Made by a program: the position numbers and the translations under genes. From a virus, in the IMG/VR virus record IMGVR_UViG_3300045988_043612, positions 1 to 37,574 of that record: a stretch of 37,574 nt of DNA; one strand, given 5' to 3'. The notes under the pieces are model-generated. The model ran no database searches, was not told the origin of the DNA, and worked only from the letters and a program-made list of their open reading frames with translations. Shown one piece after another: positions 7,333 through 15,977 of the stretch (its first letter is position 1; each line of letters starts with the position of its first letter).

Positions 7333-7760
7333 GATCTTTTCTTTTTAGGATTCGTTAAACTTAAAATCTGCGCGGCTAGCAGCCTAGCCTCTAACACTGT
7401 CATATCTACCAACGGAAGCCCGGTGCACCCTTTCCTCACTTTGATCTTTCCATCCTCGGTGTATGCTTTCGCCCATTGGTTCGCTATCTCGTCCCGGCGT
7501 GCCCGCATTCTCTTTTGGGCTTCTTCCATCCGGTCCAGTTGTTCCTTCATTGAAGTGACATCGATAGGATTCCTCCGGTACGCTTGCCATTCATTGTATG
7601 CTTTCCGGTTATCCTCCAGCAGCGTGTACATTACTTTCCTCGTTATACTTCCGTTCCAAAAAGAGTTGATTATATTCTCCTCCTCCTTCTTATATTCCAG
7701 GAACGTCATTCCCGTTTCCGCGAAATCTCTGAAATCTTTTGTATTATCCATTATCTCCAA
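7329..7760 (-). CDS. Hypothetical protein (143 aa)
   Basis: Minus-strand ORF coupled to both neighbours; helical and charged. Confidence 0.7.
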   Translation of the reverse strand: MEIMDNTKDFRDFAETGMTFLEYKKEEENIINSFWNGSITRKVMYTLLEDNRKAYNEWQAYRRNPIDVTSMKEQLDRMEEAQKRMRARRDEIANQWAKAYTEDGKIKVRKGCTGLPLVDMTVLEARLLAAQILSLTNPKKKRS

Positions 7761-8200
7761 AATGTTAGGAACTCGATACCGAGTAAGTTACCAATCGTGA
7801 GTCGTATCGCTGAACCTGCAAGTCCTCCGGCAATCGTCAGACCGAAGTCTATCCAGTCCCATTTCCCGCCGTGCAAGCGGTCTTTAAATTCCATACCCGC
7901 CGCACATCCTAGTGTGAAGTTCAGCCCGGCGATGATGGATACCAAGAAACCGTAGAGTAAATGCTTCCATCTGTTAGACTGCTTGAACCAGTTGATAATC
8001 CTGAATTTAGGTTTGCGGAAAGCAATGTGGTGGCTGTCAAATTTCCTTCCATACACGTGGGTGACATCTACCGTTAGCGGATACTTCGCATTTGCCTGCC
8101 CGTCTACGGAGACCTGACTCGTAGGTGACAACAGTGATTCAGTGTACTCGTATAATTCCGTCTTTGTTCTGAAAATCAAAACTTCTTTTTCTAATTTCAT
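7751..8200 (-). CDS. Membrane protein (149 aa) with a KD-x-GG-x-W-D-x-D...GG motif between two TM helices
   Basis: TM segments LLYGFLVSIIAGLNFTLGCAAGM and IDFGLTIAGGLAGSAIRLTIGNLLG. The intervening EFKDRLHGGKWDW loosely recalls VanZ/DUF2279-like membrane proteins (weak). Confidence 0.65.
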   Translation of the reverse strand: MKLEKEVLIFRTKTELYEYTESLLSPTSQVSVDGQANAKYPLTVDVTHVYGRKFDSHHIAFRKPKFRIINWFKQSNRWKHLLYGFLVSIIAGLNFTLGCAAGMEFKDRLHGGKWDWIDFGLTIAGGLAGSAIRLTIGNLLGIEFLTFWR

Positions 8201-8622
8201 GGCTGCTCGGTTATTACTTTGATCATCTTCTTAATCTCTCCCTTACTCATCTGAATGGTGGCGGCGTACATCTCGGTTCTGCCTACTTCCCAACCTCCCA
8301 TCATTGACCCCATCCACCGGGCTACGTTATCTGTGGGATTGTTAAGGGCTACGGATTCACCACCCTTGCCGGAGTAGTCCACCATTGATTGGAGGATCGC
8401 CGTTGCCTGTTCCTTGTCTCCTAGAGAGACCGTGAGTATCTGAGATACATCTTGCTTGACTAGACCGCGAACCTCGAAGGTATCTCCTGTCTTGTAGAGT
8501 TTGAGAACACCCATGCGGTAGGAACCGATTTGCTCAGGCCCCGCGGATTCTTTGATTTGAGCGATTGACTGTGCCGCGAATGCGGCGATTAAAACGATAA
8601 ATGCTAATGTAAACTTTTTCAT
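8197..8622 (-). CDS. Secreted/periplasmic protein (141 aa)
   Basis: Classical signal peptide MKKFTLAFIVLIAAFAAQSIAQ with an AQ/I cleavage-type site and no lipobox Cys. Confidence 0.7.
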   Translation of the reverse strand: MKKFTLAFIVLIAAFAAQSIAQIKESAGPEQIGSYRMGVLKLYKTGDTFEVRGLVKQDVSQILTVSLGDKEQATAILQSMVDYSGKGGESVALNNPTDNVARWMGSMMGGWEVGRTEMYAATIQMSKGEIKKMIKVITEQP

Positions 8623-8642
8623 GATTCTTTGTTTTTAAATGA

Positions 8643-8948
8643 TTATAAAATTCTTATTTCTGTTACTTTAACTAAAGCCTTCGCACCGTATCCTAGATTG
8701 TTTCCTACGTTCCATTCCGGGAACCGGGCTATGACTGTTTCTATTTCCAATTCACACGGGAATGTCTCTATAAGGTCTACCGAGCTGTCTAGGAAGTTGT
8801 ATATTCCATCCGGAGATTCGTATTCATGAACTGACATCTTCCACATAAACAGCTCCTTTGGTCCTTCGATTCGTACTGTTGTTTGATTCCTGCTGTATGG
8901 TATGACGTTAGGAGTATCAACGTTATCCAGTTCTAGTACTATGTTCAT
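8643..8948 (-). CDS. Hypothetical protein (101 aa)
   Basis: Minus-strand ORF in the array. Confidence 0.65.
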   Translation of the reverse strand: MNIVLELDNVDTPNVIPYSRNQTTVRIEGPKELFMWKMSVHEYESPDGIYNFLDSSVDLIETFPCELEIETVIARFPEWNVGNNLGYGAKALVKVTEIRIL

Positions 8949-8966
8949 ATCTTTATTATTTAATTG

Positions 8967-9146
8967 TTAGTAGCTCAATGATATCAAGGTCATTCCGCCT
9001 TGCTCCTTCATATACTTTCTAGCCTGTTGGTATGCGGCGTTCCTAGACGTTGCATATATGCACAGACTTTCGATATCGTAATGTCCGTTAATCAATTCTC
9101 TTCTCATGGTTGCCACGAATACGGGTTTCAAAACGTTAGTTCTCAT
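8967..9146 (-). CDS. Small hypothetical protein (59 aa), just below the ORF-track cutoff
   Basis: Hand translation: MRTNVLKPVFVATMRRELINGHYDIESLCIYATSRNAAYQQARKYMKEQGGMTLISLSY. Its ATG (9146) is a similar distance from promoter-cassette copy 1 (TATATTTG box to ATG about 46 nt) as the 100-aa gene is from copy 2 (also about 46 nt). Confidence 0.6.
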   Translation of the reverse strand: MRTNVLKPVFVATMRRELINGHYDIESLCIYATSRNAAYQQARKYMKEQGGMTLISLSY

Positions 9147-9250
9147 AATCCTATGTTTTTAATTGTTACTACTTGTTTAACTTTGATGTGACAAATATAG
9201 GGCAAACTTCCGAATCTTCCAAATTTTGACAAAAGTATTAACGTTGATTA
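9147..9250 (-). promoter_or_regulatory. Promoter cassette copy 1 (-7 TATATTTG, -33 TTTG, palindrome TTTTGTCAAAA, TTAACG-N5-TTAACG)
   Basis: The minus strand reads cgttaatcaacgttaatacTTTTGTCAAAAtTTGgaagattcggaagtttgcccTATATTTGtcacatcaaagttaaacaagtagtaacaattaaa. The -7 box is at 9192-9199 and the palindrome at 9224-9234. The distal TTAAC overlaps the SNF2 stop codon. Confidence 0.75.
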
Positions 9251-10648
9251 ACGAATATACATGGAAACGATCTCTTTGATAGCATCTATTAACTTATTCT
9301 GTGTATCGGACTTCCCTTGTACGGCGGATATCACCCGCTCGTCTATTGTACCCTTAGCGCAAAGATGGTGGATGAACACGGGCTTTGTCTGTCCCTGCCG
9401 CCACAGACGGGCGTTGAACTGTTGGTATAGCTCTAGGTTCCACGTTACACCGAACCAAATGATATTGTTCCCGCCCTTCTGCAAGTTCAAGCCGTGACCC
9501 ACGGAAGCGGGGTGGGCGATGAGCACCTTTATCTTTCCGGCGTTCCAGTCACGCATGATCTGTGTGCCGTCCCCTTTCGAGTCGCCGCCTATGCGAACGG
9601 GCTTCAACTTGGCCAGGGCTTTCTCGATACGCACAGCCTCGTGGCGGAAGTTGTAGGCGATAAGGACCGGAGCACCATTAAGGGATTCCACCATCTCGCA
9701 CAGGGATTCAATCTTTGCCTCGCTTACCTGATGGATGTTACGCTCAGCGTCGTACACCGCACCGCCGGCGAATTGCAGCAGTTTGTTCGACAGTGCAGCA
9801 GCAGACAGCGCCGTGATCTCGGTTTCATCCCCATCGGCGAACATGGAATGTATCTGCTCCTTCTCGAATTCCTTGTACATAGCCGCCTCCTTCGGCGACA
9901 GCGTAACCTTGTCATATATGTAATTCACTTCCGGCATATCCAAGTAGTCAACCGCTTTCATCGAAAGAGTGATGTCGGCGATCTTATCGGATAATACTTG
10001 CTCGGTGTTCTCGCGTGGCTTGTAGTTAAATACTATCCCGCCATTCTGAGCACCCGGTTTAAAGTAGTTAGCCCGGTAGTCCGTGATAGACTTCCCTAGG
10101 CGCGCGCCACCGTCTATGACGAACATCTGTGCCCACAGGTCTATAAGACCATTAGGCGCGGGCGTACCTGTCAGACCGATAATGCGGTTGGCATGGCGGC
10201 GTATCTTCTTCATGGCTTTAAAGCGTTCAGAGGCGTGGTTCTTGAATGATGATAGTTCATCCACCACGATGCAGTCGTAAGGGACCTTAACGCCTCCGAA
10301 GTGTTCCAGTAGCCATACTAGGTTATCCCTTCCTATTGTGTAGATATCCGCGTCCGCGTGGGCTGCGGCTACTCTCTGCTTCGGCGTCCCGGCTATCACT
10401 GAGATGCGAAGGTTACGGAGGTGAGACCAGTTTTCGATTTCGTCTCCCCACGTCACTTCCGATACTCGTTTAGGCGCAACGATGAGCACCTTTGTTACTT
10501 CGAAGTACTCGATAAGATCGGCAACCGCCGTTAAGGTGGTCACCGTCTTTCCCAGTCCCATATCGAGGAATAGAGCGCATTCCGGATTATTCTTGATGTG
10601 CTCTACCCCTTGAATTTGGTATTTATGTAATTGATTCCTGTTTAGCAT
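9248..10648 (-). CDS. SNF2/DEAD-like helicase (466 aa)
   Basis: Motif I LDMGLGKTVTT, motif II VVDELSSFKN, and C-terminal helicase motifs HPASVGHGLNLQ and ARLWRQGQ. Confidence 0.9.
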   Translation of the reverse strand: MLNRNQLHKYQIQGVEHIKNNPECALFLDMGLGKTVTTLTAVADLIEYFEVTKVLIVAPKRVSEVTWGDEIENWSHLRNLRISVIAGTPKQRVAAAHADADIYTIGRDNLVWLLEHFGGVKVPYDCIVVDELSSFKNHASERFKAMKKIRRHANRIIGLTGTPAPNGLIDLWAQMFVIDGGARLGKSITDYRANYFKPGAQNGGIVFNYKPRENTEQVLSDKIADITLSMKAVDYLDMPEVNYIYDKVTLSPKEAAMYKEFEKEQIHSMFADGDETEITALSAAALSNKLLQFAGGAVYDAERNIHQVSEAKIESLCEMVESLNGAPVLIAYNFRHEAVRIEKALAKLKPVRIGGDSKGDGTQIMRDWNAGKIKVLIAHPASVGHGLNLQKGGNNIIWFGVTWNLELYQQFNARLWRQGQTKPVFIHHLCAKGTIDERVISAVQGKSDTQNKLIDAIKEIVSMYIR

Positions 10649-10658
10649 TCCTTAAATA

Positions 10659-11093
10659 TTAAATACCCCAATGCCTATCCTGTAACTTCTCGAACAGGTC
10701 GTCCAGTGTCCAGCGTTCCGGAAACAACTTTATCAACGCCTCTACGGTTTCTAACATGTCCGGTCTCAGGCTGTCCGTTCCAAGAAGGTCGGCGATAGCG
10801 TGGTGCTCGTTACCTTTGTAAATCTCTGCCCGGTAGGTTTCCTTTAGTTCACCCCTGCCTTGCGTCAGACAAGCGTCTTCCAGGTTTCCCAAGCCGCGGC
10901 GGGAATACTCAGCGCGGACGATCTTGTCGGGTATCTCGGTGAGAAGGAATTGTTTCAGATTGTCGGGAAGCGCGCATACCGCTTCCCCTATCATGTACCC
11001 GTCCGCCGGAGTATTGTTCGCCATCTTGGTGACGTTATCCACGAACAACTTTATCCGGTCTTCCCTTAGTTTCTTTCTAAAATCTACTGCCAT
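10659..11093 (-). CDS. Hypothetical protein (144 aa)
   Basis: Minus-strand ORF in the array. Confidence 0.7.
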   Translation of the reverse strand: MAVDFRKKLREDRIKLFVDNVTKMANNTPADGYMIGEAVCALPDNLKQFLLTEIPDKIVRAEYSRRGLGNLEDACLTQGRGELKETYRAEIYKGNEHHAIADLLGTDSLRPDMLETVEALIKLFPERWTLDDLFEKLQDRHWGI

Positions 11094-11095
11094 GA

Positions 11096-11350
11096 TTACT
11101 CACATTCTAAAGTTATTGTACCTATGAACGGCTCAAAGTTTTTTGCGGCAAAATCGAACCCAAATTCGTTTACTTCGTGGTCAACATAGTTACCCTTATC
11201 TAAAACCACCCCATCGAAGAATTTACCCTCTTCGGTTGGTCTTACCACTAGGACAATCCCGTCATGTTTAATACTCTTAACTACGTCTCCCGGATTTACT
11301 GTTTCTAAACCTTTTTCGATCTCTGTTGATACTTTAATTTTTGTTGCCAT
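11096..11350 (-). CDS. Hypothetical protein (84 aa)
   Basis: Minus-strand ORF; 2-nt spacing to its neighbours. Confidence 0.65.
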   Translation of the reverse strand: MATKIKVSTEIEKGLETVNPGDVVKSIKHDGIVLVVRPTEEGKFFDGVVLDKGNYVDHEVNEFGFDFAAKNFEPFIGTITLECE

Positions 11351-11352
11351 AA

Positions 11353-11613
11353 TTATAATTTTTTAAATTCTTGATTCTGTTTTCTTAAAACTTGGTTCAC
11401 CCGGCGGCGGGCATACTCTACGATGTCTCTTCCCTTGTCTCCTTCGAGGAATACCCTTTCGGTGCGGTGTTCTCCCTCTCCGTTTACAAAGTACATTGTC
11501 GCCCCTTCGAAGCATCCACTCTCTAGCCAAGAAGTTAATTCGTCTACAAGGCTTTCGTTATACTCGATCTCCTTGTTCAGCTGTGAGGCGCGAAGATATT
11601 GATCCTTTTCCAT
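11353..11613 (-). CDS. Hypothetical protein (86 aa)
   Basis: Minus-strand ORF in the array. Confidence 0.65.
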   Translation of the reverse strand: MEKDQYLRASQLNKEIEYNESLVDELTSWLESGCFEGATMYFVNGEGEHRTERVFLEGDKGRDIVEYARRRVNQVLRKQNQEFKKL

Positions 11614-11614
11614 A

Positions 11615-11899
11615 CTACAAAATTTCTTTTAATCTTTTATCAATTGAACTAACCATCTCTCTGTGAACAATTATCCGGAGCGCATTGTATGCGGTCGGCG
11701 CATCCTTAAACTGGTCGTACCGTAGACTGAACTTCATCACGTCTTTGTCTATCGTCACCATCACTAAGAAGTCTTCCGGATTAAAGTAAATGTTTACCCG
11801 GTCCCAACCGTTAGCCTGTTTCTTTCTCAGATTCCACGGGCTGACTTTTATAAAGCCAAGCGCGATAAAATGCTGCATAAATTCGAATCTACCTTCCAT
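11615..11899 (-). CDS. Hypothetical protein (94 aa)
   Basis: Minus-strand ORF in the array. Confidence 0.65.
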   Translation of the reverse strand: MEGRFEFMQHFIALGFIKVSPWNLRKKQANGWDRVNIYFNPEDFLVMVTIDKDVMKFSLRYDQFKDAPTAYNALRIIVHREMVSSIDKRLKEIL

Positions 11900-12212
11900 A
11901 TATTTCTCTCATTTTAATTAAATGGTCTATAATCTTTTTAGCCTCCTCATAGGTTTCTACACTGTCCACCACGAAAACCGGAAAGCCCAAAGCCTGTATC
12001 TTTGCATGAATGTAGCTCTGAATCTTTGTAGGCTTCTTTCCCGTGCTTTTGAATTCTACGAAAAGCACAATACTACCGTGCAAAAGATACATCCTGTCGG
12101 GCAATCCCTTGATGAATTGGGACAGCAGCTTAACCGCCATCCCCCCGCTTTCCTCTACGAACTTTGACAGTTCGCGTTCAAATACCTTCTCGCTAGTCTC
12201 GTTCGCTTTCAT
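11889..12212 (-). CDS. VRR-NUC family nuclease (107 aa)
   Basis: PD-(D/E)xK-type core GLPDRMYLL ... VLFVEFKSTGKKPTKIQ. The size and its pairing with an SNF2 helicase are typical of this replication module. Confidence 0.8.
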   Translation of the reverse strand: MKANETSEKVFERELSKFVEESGGMAVKLLSQFIKGLPDRMYLLHGSIVLFVEFKSTGKKPTKIQSYIHAKIQALGFPVFVVDSVETYEEAKKIIDHLIKMREIYGR

Positions 12213-12460
12213 GACTTTTGTTCTTTTTGGTAATCAACAGGCATTGTTAAGGTTTGATGTTGGAAACGTTTGTTGAACGCTGCTACGTCTCTGCCTACTT
12301 TCTTGTATCGGGCACGCACTTTGTCCGCATCCTCTTTCGAGTAACATACGCCGCCCACAATGGTACGGAACATTCCGTCATTCCCCAGCTCCTGAACTAA
12401 GTACCCTGTTACCTCGGAACAATTAACTAAGGCCTTACCCTTCTTGATTCTCGTCTTCAT
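12209..12460 (-). CDS. Hypothetical protein (83 aa)
   Basis: Minus-strand ORF; overlaps the upstream ORF by 26 nt. Confidence 0.6.
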   Translation of the reverse strand: MKTRIKKGKALVNCSEVTGYLVQELGNDGMFRTIVGGVCYSKEDADKVRARYKKVGRDVAAFNKRFQHQTLTMPVDYQKEQKS

Positions 12461-12623
12461 CTTCTTTTACTGTATAAGTTAATAACACCCGGTCACACCG
12501 GAATAATTGTTTCACATTAGCCCTAAATTCCTCGGCGGTTATCCATTCCACCTCTATGGGTGTCCGAGTAAGAGCTTCCTTTGAATCCCCCTTGACGAGG
12601 GTAATTTTCTCTACTATTAGCAT
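12435..12623 (-). CDS. Hypothetical protein (62 aa)
   Basis: Minus-strand ORF. Its ATG overlaps the stop of the 25-codon micro-ORF. Confidence 0.55.
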   Translation of the reverse strand: MLIVEKITLVKGDSKEALTRTPIEVEWITAEEFRANVKQLFRCDRVLLTYTVKEDEDENQEG

Positions 12624-12694
12624 AAGAATAATATATAAGCGGTTATTAATACACAGATTCCGATAAACCCCAAAACATTTAATACTTGTTTCAT
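12617..12694 (-). CDS. Candidate 25-aa hydrophobic micropeptide
   Basis: Hand translation: MKQVLNVLGFIGICVLITAYILFLC. The stop TAA overlaps the next gene's ATG (ttATGCTAAta). It consists of a single TM-length hydrophobic stretch. Confidence 0.4.
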   Translation of the reverse strand: MKQVLNVLGFIGICVLITAYILFLC

Positions 12695-12739
12695 ATTCTT
12701 TGATTTTGTGGGCGGTCTCCCGCCCGATTAATAATTATT

Positions 12740-12952
12740 TTAATAGTTAATACCTGTTGACCCGTAAACTCCGCCATTATAACATCTACTAAGTTTGCCA
12801 TAGTATCCGTACTTTCGATAATTATCGGTGTCTTTTTTGAATTCGATCATAGCTTCTTTCTTGTTAGAAGCGTAATAGTGTATTCCGGTATCATTGCCAT
12901 TGCAATCTAAGATTCGGTAAGCGTTCATCTGTTTCTTTTCATTTGTCTTCAT
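12740..12952 (-). CDS. Hypothetical protein (70 aa)
   Basis: Minus-strand ORF; Tyr/Gly/Asn-rich. Confidence 0.6.
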   Translation of the reverse strand: MKTNEKKQMNAYRILDCNGNDTGIHYYASNKKEAMIEFKKDTDNYRKYGYYGKLSRCYNGGVYGSTGINY

Positions 12953-12987
12953 AATCTTATATTTTTAATTGGTTTATTGATTAATAA

Positions 12988-13290
12988 TTATTTAGCATTA
13001 AGAATTTGATTTGCTTTTTCTTTTCCAAAGTAATTAACCGCTTTTGCGTAGTTACTTACATGACCTTTAGAGATTTGAGGATAATTACGCATTACCCCGC
13101 TCAGCACTGACTGTATTTCTTTTTCTCCGATGTTTTTTCTTCTAGCCCAAGACAGGGTAGCTTCGTTTAAAACTCTTATCATGAACCATCTTAAGGTATA
13201 AAAGTTATCAACTTTCACATTCTCGTTGAAAAAAGAGATAACCATTTCTCTATTGCTACTTAATACGGTATTTACTTCCTCTGCGGTCAT
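12988..13290 (-). CDS. Hypothetical protein (100 aa), first gene after promoter cassette 2
   Basis: Minus-strand ORF starting directly after the conserved leader. Confidence 0.7.
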   Translation of the reverse strand: MTAEEVNTVLSSNREMVISFFNENVKVDNFYTLRWFMIRVLNEATLSWARRKNIGEKEIQSVLSGVMRNYPQISKGHVSNYAKAVNYFGKEKANQILNAK

Positions 13291-13400
13291 GGCTTTTATT
13301 ATTTAATTGTTACTACTTGTTTAACTTTGATGTGACAAATATACGGCGAATTTCCGAAACTTCCAAATTTTGACAAAAGTATTAACGTTGTTTAACGATA
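13291..13400 (-). promoter_or_regulatory. Promoter cassette copy 2
   Basis: Near-identical to copy 1 over about 95 bp. The -7 box TATATTTG is at 13336-13343 and the palindrome TTTTGTCAAAA at 13368-13378. Confidence 0.75.
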
Positions 13401-13403
13401 CAA

Positions 13404-13453
13404 TAAAAAACCACCCTAGCAGAACCTTCTCGGCGGTGCTAGGGTGGAAAAAA
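13404..13453 (-). terminator. Strong bidirectional intrinsic terminator
   Basis: A perfect 11-bp stem CCACCCTAGCA / TGCTAGGGTGG (13411-13447) is flanked by A6 on the left and A6 on the right, giving a T6 run after the hairpin on either strand. Confidence 0.85.
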
Positions 13454-13589
13454 TATGAAAAAGGCATTCGACAAAATTAGTTTCATGCCGGGAACCGCTG
13501 TCCCCCTTGTTGTATGAAGTGAACTTACATAACTAAAAGTCTTTTAAATGATTACAATTATATCTCAATGGTGATGCAAAGATAACCCT

Positions 13590-15968
13590 TTATTCGAAAT
13601 CTGCCTCACAGTCGCGCACGAATGTTGTTTGTTTCCCATAACATTTCACATACCTCTGTCCCACGGGCTTGAATCCCAACCGTTTCAGAATGTTCGACAT
13701 TTGGCGGGCACGCGCCGAATTGAAATCGGTACGCTTGTTTCCGAGGCAGTCTACCCATATCTCGAACGTGCAGAATGAATCCCTTATCTCCGTTCCTTCC
13801 GCATATACTCCGGTACGGTCTGCAAAATCCCTACGATCCGCGTAGCAGAGATCAAACCAGTCAGCCGGGAACTTCCGGTTAACGTAGTCATAGACTAAAC
13901 CTTCCATTGGGTCACGTTCGGTGTATTCTTCGCGCTTTCCCACGGCAATGGCTTCCGCTTCCGGAGATAAGATAAGCGATTCGCCTGAACGATACAGTTC
14001 CACGGCTTCCGCCCACAACTGATCCACAATCTCAGCGAATTCGTCTTCCCGTTTCGGATTCGTTATGATGTCTGCGGCGGGAGTCCATTCGACCGCCACG
14101 GGAAAGAAACGGCGGTTTCCTGTTGGGTCTTTTAGGAAGTCGTCTTGGTTCGTAGACCCGAAGAACACACATTGCCTTTTGTGTGTTTTGATGCGCTTGG
14201 CGTATGCAGCCCGATACGTATCCTCAGTCTTTGAGATGAAGTTCTTCATCACCTCGATGTCGGTTTTCTTAAGGGCGGATAGCTCAGCAAGCTCCACCAG
14301 CCACGACTTTTGGATAGCCTCGTACGCGTTTTTCCCCTCCATCGATACGAGTGAGTCATTGAACCATCCTTTAGATAGTTTCTGAATCAGCGTTGACTTT
14401 CCCGCGCCCTGCTGCGATACCATAATAAACGCCGTATCGAATTTGGTTCCCGGCCTAAACATGCGGGCAACCGCGGCAACCATCATTTTCCGGAACGCCT
14501 CGCTGACATAGATGTTATCCTCCGACCCCATATAGGTAGTCATAAATTTATCCAGTCTAGGTTCGAAATCCCATTCCAGTGAGTTAAGATAATCCTTTAT
14601 CGGATGAAATGCATTATCAAGCGCCACCTTCTCGATAACGGCGTTCATCTTGTCCTTGTTATATATTTTATGCAGCCTTTCGATACGGGTGGATATGATG
14701 GCTACGCCGGTATCGTCTAGCAGGTCGCCGCGCTTTTTAGTCTTATCGAAGTACGGTGTGCGGGTATAAACCACCACGTCTTGAAAAAGGTCGTAGGCTA
14801 TCAACTTGTTAAGCAGCGGGTCTGATTTAAACGCATTCTCAAAGTTAACCGTCGTAACGGTCTTGTTGCCTTTCGAATCTATGTCCCATTCTATTTCCTC
14901 TTCATCCGCCACCTCAGCTTTTGCCTCATCCGGAATCTCTTCGAAGTCGCTGAGGTAGTCTTCTACCTTCACCATCTCGTGTACTACGTCCTCGTCTGCT
15001 TGCATTAACTTCACCATCTCAGCCTCACTCTCCTTCTTTCCGAGATGCCCATACAGGTGAACGCGCACCAAGTCATAAGCGTTGTATGTGTGTCCGTCTC
15101 CTATCGGGTCGGTGGAATGGTGGGAATACGCAAACATGTTATCATACACTACCATCCCGGCGGCGGATGTTCCACCTTTATATGTGTAGCGGTCGTTACC
15201 TTCATCCTCGTAAACATCGGACAAGTATTTTTCAATAGCTCCCTGAATGGTGTAGACGCGGCAAAACGCACCGATCATTCCCGGTTTAGTCGTGGGGTCT
15301 GCCGAAGCCTTCACCTGTCCACGCACTTCCGCATCTTCGGAGTCAGCGAAAGCCCACAGGCGCACATCTTGCCACGCTTCACCGTCTCCGTAGAGGCTGA
15401 GAATATAGTCAACGTCCAAAGGTTCTCCCTTCTGAGTCTCAAAGTAGAAAGGTTGGTCAGACGAAAGGGTAGCCCAAAACATTAGACGTTCCGCCTGGAA
15501 TGTGGTAGTATCAAAAAGTTCGATGCCCATCACCTCGGCGACTTTACGGGAAGCGGCTTCATACTCCTCGCGCGATTTGATTTCCCTGTTTAACGGGATG
15601 GTAAGACGGTAACGGCGTTTTCCCGGTCTGTCCGAACGTGTGCCATAGATAGCAGCCGCACAATCGAACTTCATCGAGAAATCGAAGAAGAAATCGTCTG
15701 TACCGAAGTCTACGTCTAAAGTGATCAGCGAACGGGAAGTAACGGCATTCTTGGTGCGGCGACCTCCGGAAAGCGTTCCGCCTACGAAGCCACCCTTGTC
15801 TTTGCGGATAGCCTTTTCTGTCTTTGCCAGTAGGTCGTACTCCCGCGTGGTCTCGGAGTCGCGTTTAGGCGTTCCGAGAATCTCCACAAGTTCGTCCCAC
15901 GTATATGACTTCCTTTTCCAATTCGTTGAACGAGCACCACCACCTACTGAGATATTGTATTTTTCCAT
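13590..15968 (-). CDS. Bifunctional primase-polymerase (AEP) / SF3 (VirE/D5-like) helicase (792 aa)
   Basis: The N-terminal part has AEP-like motifs LITLDVDF (DxD), YSHHSTD (sxH) and AYDLVRV. The C-terminal part has a P-loop VSQQGAGKSTL and Walker-B-like WLVELAE. Confidence 0.85.
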   Translation of the reverse strand: MEKYNISVGGGARSTNWKRKSYTWDELVEILGTPKRDSETTREYDLLAKTEKAIRKDKGGFVGGTLSGGRRTKNAVTSRSLITLDVDFGTDDFFFDFSMKFDCAAAIYGTRSDRPGKRRYRLTIPLNREIKSREEYEAASRKVAEVMGIELFDTTTFQAERLMFWATLSSDQPFYFETQKGEPLDVDYILSLYGDGEAWQDVRLWAFADSEDAEVRGQVKASADPTTKPGMIGAFCRVYTIQGAIEKYLSDVYEDEGNDRYTYKGGTSAAGMVVYDNMFAYSHHSTDPIGDGHTYNAYDLVRVHLYGHLGKKESEAEMVKLMQADEDVVHEMVKVEDYLSDFEEIPDEAKAEVADEEEIEWDIDSKGNKTVTTVNFENAFKSDPLLNKLIAYDLFQDVVVYTRTPYFDKTKKRGDLLDDTGVAIISTRIERLHKIYNKDKMNAVIEKVALDNAFHPIKDYLNSLEWDFEPRLDKFMTTYMGSEDNIYVSEAFRKMMVAAVARMFRPGTKFDTAFIMVSQQGAGKSTLIQKLSKGWFNDSLVSMEGKNAYEAIQKSWLVELAELSALKKTDIEVMKNFISKTEDTYRAAYAKRIKTHKRQCVFFGSTNQDDFLKDPTGNRRFFPVAVEWTPAADIITNPKREDEFAEIVDQLWAEAVELYRSGESLILSPEAEAIAVGKREEYTERDPMEGLVYDYVNRKFPADWFDLCYADRRDFADRTGVYAEGTEIRDSFCTFEIWVDCLGNKRTDFNSARARQMSNILKRLGFKPVGQRYVKCYGKQTTFVRDCEADFE

Positions 15969-15977
15969 TTCTGTAAA

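Noticed and set aside
12710-12725. GC hairpin GGGCGG-tctc-CCGCCC as a terminator after the 70-aa gene
   Set aside because: On the coding (minus) strand it is followed by ACAAAATCAAAG, with no U tract. It may be a stability or processing hairpin, but it is not a convincing intrinsic terminator.
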